From Haplodiscus bocki (lineage: Eukaryota): DNA of 64,000 bases. The stretch covers positions 97,216,001-97,280,000 of the forward strand of contig OZ296649.1 in the NCBI GenBank assembly GCA_965655095.1. The letters run 5' to 3'. Shown here one piece after another: positions 51,276 to 63,632 of this stretch; the stretch's first letter is position 1; each line of letters begins with the position of its first letter. The notes beneath the pieces were generated by a model, which did not search any database, was not told the DNA's origin, and saw only the letters and a program-made list of their open reading frames with translations. Both the position numbers and the translations under genes were made by a program.

Positions 51276-52510
51276 ATGGCACAAGCTAACGTGACAATTA
51301 CACCTTTTACGGGAGAAACGAAAGAGGATTTTAACCAATTTGAAGAATTATTCAGAGGAATTATTGGTGTAGCAGGAATTGCAGGCGCACAACAAGCAAA
51401 TTTTTTGCACTTACATTTAAAAGATGACGCACTTAGTTTTTTCCAAGAATTGCCAGTGGCAGTTGGAACAGACTTAGATCAGAGTCTTGCTGCATTGCGA
51501 ACACGGTTCGTTAATAATGAATTGCAACAGATCCATGTATTAAAATTAGAAAACCAAAAAATCGACACAAAAACGGACACACCAGAAAATTTTCTTGTAC
51601 AACTACAAGCACTTGCAAAAAAGCATATCCAACGCCCGTAATACCGCCGTTGCTCCAATTGATGCACATGCAGCTGATGCCGCAGCAGAAGCCGCTCGAT
51701 TTGCAACAGAAACAGCCATAAATGTAACAACATTAGCAGAGGCTGAAACCTTTAAAGATAATCAAATCCGTCGAGTTTTCATAAAAGTAATGCCGGGATG
51801 GCTACGGTCAAAATTGATGGAGCGACCGGCAACAGACACAATTCAGGATTTGTGCACTTTTGCGAGTAGACAAATCACTATTCGTGATATGTGTCGAAAA
51901 GACGATTATCCGGAAGATGGATTTAATCAAATTGAAAATCACTTGTCGGACACTCTAATTAATGTACTTTCTAAAATTAGCCAAACTCAGGATAATCTTC
52001 AACAAAAAATAACCGACATGAGCAACAATGCTAACAAACAACCAGAAAACTTTCAAGCAAAACAAAATACAGCGCAAATTTTAGTTCCTTATGACCAACA
52101 GACTCCATTGGGACAATTTAACCGTAATCCAAATCCATTTCGACAACGACCTCCACGTTTTCAATCTATAAGTTTTCAACATCGACAACAACGACCGTGG
52201 AGTAGTAACAACCAAAATAATCAGAATCCACGACTTAACTTTGGTGGTAACCAAATGCTTCGAGTTCCTCCTAATGCAAATGGTTGATATAATCCAGTAC
52301 ATAGCCAACAACCAGTAATGAACCGCCAACAAAAACCAATAATATCAGCCACAACAACAATCATACCAGCATATGTTTTTTACAACGTCTTCACAGATTG
52401 TTTGTCATAATTGTGGTTACTCAAACCATAAAGCTAGCCAATGTGCCGCTTATAAACGTCATACACAGTCAGGCGTGCGGTTTCCTTTTAATCGTATTCC
52501 AAAAAACTAA
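51276..52510 (+). pseudogene. gag: gag of element C
   Basis: MAQANVTITPFTGE...; Q/N/P-rich linker; zinc knuckle CHNCGYSNHKASQC (~52403-52444); ends IPKN*. A few frameshifts and stops. Confidence 0.88.
52501..52507 (+). promoter_or_regulatory. -1 ribosomal frameshift slippery site A AAA AAC at gag-pol junction
   Basis: CCA AAA AAC TAA in the gag frame, an X XXY YYZ heptamer immediately before the gag stop. Confidence 0.75.
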
Positions 52511-55500
52511 TGGAGCCACCCGTTACTTCTTTACATATACCAGAATCTTATAGTAACCTTTCCAATTTACATGTACGTAATCATACTATCTATAGTATCT
52601 TACTCTCTACCTCCTAAAGCTTTATATTTATATAATATTAACGGCACACGTGCTCCAGTTTTATCTTATATTAAAAAGTCTTCAAAAGCGGCATTAAAGT
52701 CTTTGGTAAAATTTTTCTGACATTTCAATTAGCGCAGCGTGTATTTTGCGAACCTTTTCTTATTTGAGACACTACTACTCCTATTAATCTGGGTCAACCT
52801 TTTTTTCTTAAACATGATGTCACTATTCGAGCGGCACGAAATCTTCGTTTTCCGGACTTAGCAGTGCATATTAACGAAATCAAACCAATTGATGGTCTGC
52901 GACGGACGATTAAACCAACAAAAGTTTCAGTTCGGAACGCGAAGAAAATAGTCATACCATCATATGAACAGAGAACAATCCCATTTGCTTTACGTACAGA
53001 GGATGCATTAACCGATTTGAGTGGACTGATTATTCCCAATGATAATCTTGAGCGCGAATTTGATATTTCCATTATGTCTTCAATGAGTACAGTGGAAAAA
53101 GACAATCTCGTATACATAATTGTGCTTAATATCACTGACACCCAGTAACGATTACTCGTGATAACGAATCAGCGAAATTTGCGATTTTAACAGCGAATCA
53201 AACTGATAAATTGACACCAATCGATCCAAATTTGTTAAACGTTTCTTATAGCATGGGCCCTGAACAGTTTGAGTCGACCATCAACCAATTAATTCGTGAC
53301 GAAAATTTCGTTGTTCCTTTACAACCGCCAAAACCGGAGCCTGAGTTTAAAACCTTTTGGTTTCCTACCCCAGAAACATGTGAGGACCCGAATCAGTTAG
53401 CGCCGATTCAATGTGAGATTTATAACCAGATTTTACGAATCAAACAATTAGAGCCACGGGATCCACAGAACAATGAAATGGATTGACGGGAATTTTTGGA
53501 TCTATTTCCATGGGACAAGTCAGTCCTAACGTCAGAACAGCGTGCGGAAGTTCATCAGCTTTTAACTAAATATCACGATGTTTTCGCAAAACATCGTTTT
53601 GATATTGGACACAACACAGAATTCAAAGTAAAGTTGACTCCGGAACATGACCAACCGGTCTACACACAAGGTCCGCCGAGTCCAATTCATTTACGAGACG
53701 AATTACATGTACAATTGGCTCTGTTTCATTATTTTGGTCTTATAACGACGCTACCGTACTCCAAGTATAGTAGCCCTGTTTGCACAACGCAAGAGTAATG
53801 GAAAACTTCGTTTGTTGAGGGATTTGCGACGCATCAATCATCTTTTACGTAATGATTATCATAACACCATTTTTCCTATTTCAAATTTGCATGACGCAAT
53901 TAACCATTTTGCGGGCAAACGACTTTTTACGAAGTTGGATTGCTCCCAGGCTTACCATTGTGTCCAGATGGCAGACGGAACGTCAGTGCAATTCTTTGCA
54001 TTCAATTATTCATCACGCACATATGCCTATCAACGATTGGCGATGGGCCTGAGCAAATCCGTAACCGGGTTTAGTTCGTTAATCCGCCATTATCTTGATG
54101 GATGTTTAGCTGCAGGCCTCTGTACGCAATTCATGGATGTTATCGGCAGTGCCGTATCCTCTTTTGAAGAGCTTATACCTGCCCTTGATGCTATTTTCGC
54201 CGCGATTCGTCGCTCAGGACTTAAACTAGTCCCCGAAAAGTGCAAAATTGCCACAGCATCCATGCAGTTTTTGGGAAATGTGATCTGTGAAAATGGAATT
54301 ACCCCGGAGAGTGAGAAAATTACGAAATTTTTAAATAGAATACGTTTGCCGCGTACTGTGAAACAAGTGAAAAACGTCTTATTGGGTTTGTCCAGTTTTC
54401 CAGTAATTTTTTCTCTAATCTTGGAACTAAATTAATACCATTTTGTAAATTGTTGGAAAAGGAGGCGAAGCTTAAAGTTGATGAAACTCATGTTGAGGCA
54501 TTGGGAGTTCTTAAACGAGACTTGCTGGACGAAACAAACACCACTCTCAGGTTAGCCAAACCTGGTTTGCAATACGTCCTACTTTGCGACGCAAGTTATC
54601 ATGGCGCCGGATTTGTCCTAATGGTTGAGGATGACACAAAAGTCCTCCCTTCCGGAACAGCTATGCCCCTGTTTCGTTTGGTTCTCATTTAATACCGCTC
54701 AGCTGAAATTTTCTATTTATTATAAGGAGTTTCTTGCTGTTTATTTTGCCTTTGATACGTTTGCACACTATCTTTGGGAATCAAGTAAACCAGTCATTAT
54801 TCTTACCGACAACAAAAGTCTTACGAGTTTTTTTCAATCAAAAACAGTACCACCTTCGTTATGGAATCGTTTAGACAGGGTTCTGTCGTTCAATTTAACA
54901 ATTGCGCATATTCCAGGTCGAGCCAATTATGCCGCTGATTTCCTATCACGTATAGAAACAGATAAATCGTCGCACTTAGAACTAAAATTAACTGATAAAA
55001 TTCCAGTGAGAGAAATCGAAAATGAGACAGAAGCGAAACAACCTGATGCTTCGTCGGCACATAATGAGTCCTTCGATGAACTTTTCTCGGAAGAGCCTTT
55101 GGACCCGAAGTTGGAAGTCCAGTTGAGAAATTTGGGCGTCTATGATGCATATGTTGAACAACGCCCGCAGCGGGCTAGAGTCGATGGATCGTCAGTGGTT
55201 GGTTTCATCCACCTCGTTCAAAAGCGCCCTAGCTTAATGTTGTTCAGGAACCAGATTCTATGGATTCTTTTTTGACGACCGAGCATTTTGGCGAACTGAA
55301 TTTGGCTCAGGAACAAGCGAAAGACCCTGACATTCAAGAAGTCTTACGTTAGAAAGAAGCCAACACTGTTCCTTCTTTACGATATGCTAATAATACACTG
55401 CGAAAATACGCAAAGCATTTTGCAAGCTTGGTTGTGACAGACGGTGTTCTTTACCGCCAGTTTTTCGACGCAGTGGGTGCGGTCCAAGCTGATCAATTTT

Positions 55501-57765
55501 GCGTTCCAAGACATTTGTGGAAGGAAATTATTTATCGACTTCATAATTCCGCCACCGCGGGTCACCTAGGAATAGTTAAAACCATTCATGAATTTCGTAA
55601 AAGATTTTACTATCCTAGTTTTACTGAACATTATGCTGACTTTATCAAAAATTGTTTCACATGTCTTCAGCTAGAGCGAGTACTGCAAAAACAAATCCGC
55701 CCCTCGTTAGGGTCGTTGACGACTCAACAATCTTTTCCGGGCGACATGTTCCAAGCAGATTTGGTAGGACCCTTACCGAGTGATGTGTAGAAGTTTGTTC
55801 TGACCGGTGTTGATGTTTTTACCAAATATTTGTTTGCGCCTCCACTTACTAACGCTAGTGCTGACACTGTTCCTCGAGAACTTGTTCGATTCTTTTTTCA
55901 ACACAGTTATTTTCCGCGTACCATTGTAACCGAATCAGGTACCAATTTCACTTCTGAGCTTATGAAGGAATTGGCTACCTTGCTTGAAATTAATTTAAAA
56001 CATGCTTCTCTTAAGCATCCACAAACCATTGGAGTAGTGGAACGATCACATGCCATGCTTAATCTTATTTTGAAATGTAATACTGATGAACATTGGACTG
56101 ATTGGCTCAAGTATGTCCCATTAGCTACGTTTCTTCATGATACCAGCTATCACTCTGCTATAGAATAAAGTCCATCTACACTTTTCGTTGGACGTGAGCC
56201 GATTGAACCCCTTGTTTTGCGTTTTTCTCGAAAAGCTTTAGAAGCAGTGGAAGCTGGTCCTGATTTTGTACAAGAACTTCAGGTTGCGATGTTACGAAAG
56301 TTTGAACTGACTCAACGGAAACTTGTTGAGTCCTATCATCGGTATCGTTCTTATTACGATCACAAAGCCACTGCATAACCGCTTGTGTTGCATCATTTTT
56401 GTCTGCTTTTGAATCCTAAAATACTTACTCAAAAAGCAGGTACTCCGAAATCCTGGCCAACTTGGATTCCGCTGTACCGCGTGGAAAAGGTTTTAACGCA
56501 TTCTAACTATATTGTTAGAAAATTCGGCACGTTTTTTACGCAGTGTGTACATCGTATACGCCTGCGACCAGTTTCTCGTCATACTCCTCCTGCGGACCTT
56601 ACAGTTGTCGATCCGTCGAATTTTACTCCGGATCCGTCCCGACGTACTACCGGTATGGAACCTGAAGTGTTTGATGAACATTTCCCTGCGTTGTTTATTG
56701 AGGATCCTGTTTCTTCACCGCCGCGTCTTGCGCCTCCGCCGCCGGCGACAGTGTCACTTCCATTTTGAGCACCGCCAGCGGGCGCTCCCGTAACATTACC
56801 TCCGAATCCAGTTGACGCTCCATTTGAAGCGCAAGGGTCTAGTACCTCTTCTTCGCAATCATCGTCTCCACAGCTGTCGAGCGATGAAAATACTTCGAGC
56901 TCATCTGGTGAGGCTCCTCCTCCCTCTCCTATTATGTTGCGCCCGCGACCTACAACTCGTAGTGTCCCAGTGTCGTCGTCACAATCTAGCGACACAACAC
57001 GCCCCAAAGTTACTTTTAACCCATTCAAGAAAGTCCGTACGTTCTCTACCGTACCCTATTCGGAACTTGAAGCTTCCTTAGCTGCAGGTGCAAAGCTTCC
57101 CTCTGCATCGTCGCCACATATACCGAATTCGCCACTGACGGCGAGTGCAAAACGGCACTGCGATGAAGCAGTCTATTTTACGTAATCGTACTTCATTTAC
57201 TCCTTCGCGAGCGACTAAACTTGATCTGGTACGTGCTAGTATTCAGAAATATGCTACAGGAAAGTCCTCAACCGCCTCGTCCACGTCCACAATGGATCCA
57301 GATTCTAGTCTTAATTCTTTAGTGACCCCTGAGACCGACCACTTTACATTGGTCGAAGCATTTATTTCTAGATCTCCTTCACCTATCATTCATTGTATTG
57401 GTGGAGATCACTTCCTACATTATTCGCATAAGGACTCGTTTTCCTGGCTTAATAAACCGTGGGATACGTCCTTGCAACACTGTCAATCTTTTCCGATCGG
57501 TACAGTAATTCCGATTTTTGATCGTTATGGTTATCCAGTTCTTTTTTACTTAGTCACTTGTGACTTGAGTTTTCAACCGGATGACCCGCCCACGCGTATG
57601 AGTGCCTTCTCCGCATTTTTTTACACTACCTATCATTTTGACTTTCCTACATTGGCTTTAGAACGTAATAATTTTTCTTATGATGACAATCTTTTACAAA
57701 GTGCGTATAACATTCTTGATCACCATGCATCTCTAAATGGTGTTCATTTTTACCTCTATAAATAG
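52508..57765 (+). pseudogene. pol: pol of element C (PR partly deleted, RT, RH, IN, Pro/Ser linker, macro-like tail)
   Basis: LGQPFFLKH (PR C-terminus). KLDCSQAYH and QFMDVIG (RT). LCDASY and AHIPGRANYAADFLSR (RH). HNSATAGHLG...CFTC (IN zinc motif). QADLVGP, TIVTESGTNF and GVVERSH (IN core). Confidence 0.92.
57330..57765 (+). CDS. Divergent macrodomain-like module at the end of element C pol
   Basis: SPSPIIHCIGGD...GTVIPIFDRYGYPVLFYLVTCDLSFQPDDPPT...PTLAL...VHFYLYK; same position and motif order as the element A remnant. Confidence 0.55.
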
Positions 57766-58649
57766 TTTCTGTATCTTCCTAGTACTGGTACCTTTTAATT
57801 CGCTATTTAGGACATTGCAGTTCTCCCTAGGTTTTTTCTTGCTTCAATCGTTGCCGTTTTGGTCTCTAAAGACGGAATTTTCTTCCACACGAGACTTGAC
57901 CTCTCTTAACCCTCGAGATCTTCTGTATTTTTTTCATCATTTTCCCCCTTCTCACCCTTTTGATCGCCCTCAGGCTTTTCCTATTTTTGCGTGGCAATGC
58001 CCTACGCCATTTTTCCGAGTGCTGCGTGAGACTTTCGGCTGTAAAGTGGCAATATTTGTCGAAATTTTGACGATTTTCCCCTTATTTCCCCCGATTTTTC
58101 GAACAAAATTTAGGTTCTCGACTTCTAGATTTCCGATCGACCCCAAATTTCCACCGTGCACTAGTTTAGTGCCCTAGATTCGATTCCCATTCTTAAAATT
58201 GCCAAAATCGAACATTTTATATGCCATGCTACTGGTTGCGCTATACTCAAATTTCCGCAAAATGACCACAAAATCGATCACAATCTTCCGGTTTTGATCG
58301 CACAATCTCGTTTTCATCCTTGCTTTTGCCTTCTGGGACCTTCTTGCCCCAATCCCAGACCCATCAAGGCAGTTTGTACTTGTCCTTAGCCTTTTACCGG
58401 TATTCTTACGATATTTTCCGGATTTTCACACGTTTTGAATGACCATGTTCTCATTCAATCTTGCATGTTTTGCCTGTGTGGGTATCGACTTTTTCTCCCT
58501 GTTTTTTTTTCCGGTTGCTTCCCCGCATTCGAGGACATTCATCCAGCTGCGTTCGACCCACCTCTTGGTGGAGATTTTATGGTTTTACCTACATTTTTCC
58601 TAGAAATCATTATATGTCCCTTAGTTTTATTTTACATGATGCTGAATTT

Positions 58650-59587
58650 CAGTACCGATCTTCTCCCCTCATTTCGGCGACGTCCTCTGTGCCCTGCGCC
58701 GCCAGTTTCGATAGTCAGGCAGTAGACGGCCCGGCTTCGTCCTCTCTCCTGACTCCCCTTGTCGCTCCTTCCGCGGGTTGCTGCTCCTCATCCTCTTCTT
58801 CACGTTCATCGTCATCACTAAAATATCAACTGACTTTGTCCTTTACTGCGTCCGTGTTTTTGCCCCGTTAACCTCGTTTTTTTTGTAATTCCTAACCTAT
58901 CGTCAAAGGCGAGTGGTTGCGTATGGTACTGGGCCACTAACTGGTTGCGAGGTCCAACGCAACAACAAACTGCATGAAAGAAGACGGCTCACTCCTTCTT
59001 TGACCTAATCGTGTGGGGATAAAACGCACATCTTTTTCCATTTGGGTATTGCCAGTACACTATGCATTTGACTCCTAGTGTATAGGCCATGCCTAGGAAC
59101 TGAAACAATCAACGCTTAGTGTTGTATTTTGAACTTGTTTCTTCATTTTTCATATGACTTTCACTTACCCAGAATTCTTGCACACTGCCACCTGTCCGGC
59201 TTTCGTGCACATCGAAGACTGAGAGGTGGTAGCCGAGGTGCGCCTTTGCCAACTCGAAGAACTCTGGGGATCGCATTGATGTGAACAGGCCTTGACAAAG
59301 CTTGGTGCACGACTCGGTGCCTTCCTTATATTTCGGATCTACAATGCACGTTCTTTCAATTGTCCCTGTTTTTGGGCAAATAGATTATACTGAATGTACC
59401 TTTACTCACTTGAACGTCTACCTGTCAACACATATTGCAGTGCACTGATGGCACAGTCCCCTCCTCCTTCAGCATGATTGGAACGATGGGAGATGGATTT
59501 TGGCTCCTCCAACTTAAAACTAGGACCCCGCAAAGCGTTCATAGTGTCCTTGTGGAACGTATACCCAAACTTCTTGCACCATTTTTA
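58650..59587 (-). pseudogene. Antisense spliced OTU-like cysteine protease (putative deubiquitinase) in element C
   Basis: AEGGGDCAISALQYVLTG, then intron 59366-59409, an open 197-nt exon ending GGSVQEFW, intron 59100-59168, then FLGMAYTLGVKCIVYW...QYHTQPL. One TGA in the third exon. Acidic tail; upstream exons probably extend to ~60230. Confidence 0.6.
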
Positions 59588-61290
59588 AGCTGAAAAGTCT
59601 CAGGAGGCTTGGCACAGATGGTTTGGCCTTGAGTGATTGTGAGGAAACAATCAGACACTCTCGCAGTACTTTGACACACCATAGGACTGGATGTGACAAG
59701 CGACCCAAACCACTGTTACACATTCAATCGTTTATAACCATGAGTGACCAATAAATTTTATACTATATGAACAGTGACTAACCGAGCATTAGCAGCTTGG
59801 TTGCCTCCAAGGAAGTCAGGAAGCTCAAACCCCTTCTCATTTAGAAGTGCAGCGTGGGCCCGCACGTTTCGTGAATGTCCTGTCGTCGTCTCCGGCGGAT
59901 GTAAATCTTCAAGAGCATCCAGACATTCTGAAACAGTTGGTACCAACTTGCCTTGGTATAAAAACTTCCCAGCGACAGACTCCGCGAACGATCCCACATC
60001 AGCTGCCGATCTTCCTGACTTAGAAGATAGGGCCATTTGAAGTCCTCCTCCGAGTCTTTTGAACGTAGCGGGGCAATGTAACACGCACGTTCAGCAGAAT
60101 GCATTGCTTCTCTGAAAACCAGCACAACATGTAACCCTGATAGAACCGTCCAAATAACACCATTTTACAAAAGAATAGATCAGACCCAAGCGATTGATAA
60201 GTAGTTGAGGCCTTAGTTAGAACGGTTAGCAACGAAAACTATAGAACTTAGTCCTTTAGACAATAGTTGAAAAAGGTAACTCAAATAAATAAAAACGAAA
60301 AGGTGTAAATGAAAAATTCCCTAAATTAAAATATAAACAAAACCGAAATTAATTAATATAAATCTGTATCTACAAAGATATTATAACGGGTGCTATCTAC
60401 AATACATACTGTCTAACTACATAATACAACTTATGACTAATAATAATTGTTTATATAACGACTTTAGCATCTACAATTAATAATATTCACTAGACTAAAT
60501 TGACAGTAATAATGATAGAAACTACGGACTGTCTACATATGTATGAAGCTACGGTATGTACAATTTACACTATTCTTTCGAGCTACGGTTTCGTCTACAG
60601 TATCTACGTATCTACAAGCTAAGTATATACAAATAAATAGAATTAGAATTACTATGACTAAAATTGTAAAACTTGCTCGAGTATCGGATTGTCCATTGTC
60701 TATCTGTGGACTACTACTGATGATTAAACTTCTACAGAGAGGATATAATCTTCTACTAAAAGCTCTACCACTATGACTACTGACTATGGTGCCGTTGCTA
60801 CAACAGTAAATACTAAAGCTACCAGAAGGGAGAAACGGGCACGACGACATTTTCAAGCGTTTCTGAAAGTTTCGCAAAACCTCATTTGTTTATGTTAATA
60901 TCATTAAACTTGCAAGTAAATAAATATGAATTACAAACTTGTTCAATTTTGTGAATTTTCGAAGATCAAGGAAACTATGACTTCAAATGGAAGAGTACAT
61001 AACAAGTCAAAATAGTTAGTATTTACGACGTAGACTATAAAAGGAATGAATTCAAACATTAACAACGCCCACGGTTCGGTAAAAGTTGATAGTTGAAGTA
61101 TGCCTTACTTATTTTGGTGTGTGGTTGACTATTTGATTACATACATGACCTTTGGTTAGTCAACAGGAAGAACGAGTCACCAACCCAAAAAGAATTCCGA
61201 CGCAGGAACATAATTGCGATAGATTCTTGCCTTCAAATCAGCTCACACATTCCTAGTTTTGTAATTTTGCCACCGACATTCTTGCATTCG

Positions 61291-63632
61291 ATGAAAATGA
61301 GTAAAATCTTTTTCCTCATTATAACATCTAACCTCATATACTTAACTCTACATCTGACTGCTTCGGATCAGTACGCAGAAGTTTTGGCAAGTGGAATCAT
61401 GTTTCACGAGGTGTCAAAAATACTTCGCGTTAAAAAATGTGTAAATATCGAATTTTTAGTCCCGTTTCCAAAGTACACGTTTGAAGTCAAATCGCAGATT
61501 GAAAAACGATTACAAACATTTGCTGAGATGTGGGCGACGCCTACAATCTTTTGCCCAATGGACGAATCGCGCCCATTTAATGCATCTAGCAAACCCTTCA
61601 ATGTAAATTGGTTGTATACAAAACTCTTGGCGGAGCTGCAAGCCGCGAAGAATGATGTATTTGAGATGGGTAACGAAACTGCAATCCTTCTGACAATGGA
61701 AGAACAACGTCAAAGACGTCAGAAGCGAGGTCTACCACCAGCCGCGGTAGCATTAGCTGGCATAAGTGTCTTCGGATCTGGAATCCTGATGGGAATCAGT
61801 GCATTGGTATCACTGAAATCTTTGGATCTTGCCAAGACACAGGCCGCCAGAATGGTGAGAACATCGACCGATTGCAGCAACACGCCTCAGCGCTTACGAA
61901 TTTTGTTATGGAAGTTGCTCAAGAACACGACGAGAAGTTTTTCCTGATCTACAATGAATTAAAAAGGATTCACCAGATACAGCAGGAAATGGAAACAAAT
62001 CAGAATCGCAATTGGGATATAGTCGATTAGCAATTCGAGGTCTTCAATAATAATTTCCATAGTTAGAGGGATTGTACACAATTACTGTACACACAACAGC
62101 AACTTAATTTCAATTACGATACTGTAACTGCCTTATTGTTGACACTTTATGCAGATATCAAGAGCTACAGAGCAGCACTGTATGGCTACAGACTCAACTT
62201 GATAAATGCAGTTCCCAGCTTGTTTGATAAACGCCTTCCCGTATCGCTAGTGCCACGTGCTTCCTTAAGTGTCATTCTTGAATCTGTTCACGAAGCACAA
62301 ATGAAAAATCTGGATCGTCTCACGCTAGCAATCCCTTTGCAAGACATTACGTCTTACTATGACGCCAAGCTAGTACGAGAGATCTCTACAGTACCACAGG
62401 GTCTCCTGCTCACATTAGCGATTCCATTGGCATCTAGTGAGACAATTTCGATGTGTTTCGAGCACATTTAATACCGATGCCCAAAAAGGATCCTGATGTG
62501 GCCTTGCAATGGAAAATTGAAGGACCTTATTTGGCTGTGAGCGAAAATACGATGGAAACAACTGTATTGTCATTCGAACAGATTGAGGATTGTCTCGGCT
62601 CCGCAAGATACAAAATCTGCCATAAGACTATGGAAACGCATTTGTGGCAGAGTTCTTGTCTGGCGACTCTCTATTTCGACAATGCGATCGCTGCATTGCA
62701 AGTGTGTGAGCCAGAGCAAGTTTCTCTCCCGACACCTGAGAAAACAACTAATCTTGGATATGGAATCTGGCTGATAACCTCAGCATCTGATGCCTTCACC
62801 TTGCGAGAATTCACGCGGGGAACAACCAATTCGGTCCAACGAACCGCTATCCCTGGGTGTACCATTTGTATTATCACGCTGGAGTGTGGAATTCAGATGG
62901 CCAGTAAGCATATCAAGGTTCGGCCGGACTTGGAAAGTTGTGATAAAATCCCAGCAAAACGGCTAACAATTCAATTACCGGATCTATTGGCAGGAATACT
63001 CAGCAAAATTCCGCTGATTGAAGAACTTCCGTATTATTGGACACGCGCGGAAGCAACATCAGCACTTCTCACTGAAGTCCGAGCGGAGCTAGTTAAGTCT
63101 CAACATGTAGTGGATGTCACTCATCTCGACAAATTGGCTACTCCGATCGCTGCCCGCATGACAAAATTGAAACCAACGCTAGTTAATAAATTCAAAACTT
63201 ATGTTCCCATACTTACCTCTTTAACTTTGACAGCAGTTGTATTTGTTGCAAATCTCCTTCTTCATCTCCTGGTTATATATCTATATTATAGATTTCTTCA
63301 TCGATTTCTCTGCATTCGAGATTTGGTTCCACATTTCATAGGCACCCCAACTGGAAATGTCCCGCTCAAGCCGCTGGTTACGGTGGACAGTTCCCATAGT
63401 AAGGCAGCTGCCACCTACCTGGCCAGGAAAGAAAAGAAAGTTCGCATTAGTACAGGCAACTGCACTTGCCAATTTACAGACAGAAAAACTCATCAATTTG
63501 CGGAAGTCACTTTCTGACCCTCGAAAGTCGGCTCCTAACTTACATGAAAGTGGATCGTCTCAGACCACAACTGCCCTTCCTCTCACGCTCTCGCGAGTCG
63601 AAATCGTAAACGACGCGGAGAGCAGCATGTGA
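61291..63632 (+). pseudogene. env: env-like class I fusion glycoprotein (baculovirus F / paramyxovirus F / errantivirus Env type)
   Basis: Signal peptide KIFFLIITSNLIYLTLHL. Furin site RRQKR (61714-61728) followed by fusion peptide GLPPAAVALAGISVFGSGILMG. Heptad-like helix, Cys-rich ectodomain, TM LTSLTLTAVVFVANLLLHLLVIYLYY. A few frameshifts and one stop. Confidence 0.88.

Noticed and set aside
30550-56400. Currently active LTR elements
   Set aside because: Both pol genes contain several stops and frameshifts and altered RT motifs (YGDD, FMDV); element C also appears to lack the protease active site.
56579-57028. 149-aa minus-strand ORF and similar ORFs opposite pol, env and LINE ORF2
   Set aside because: Shadow frames of GC-rich or coding plus-strand sequence; no motifs.
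57737-58725. Hydrophobic Phe-rich plus-strand ORFs as membrane proteins
   Set aside because: Product of T/C-rich composition in the region where pol and the antisense unit converge; no recognisable start or homology.
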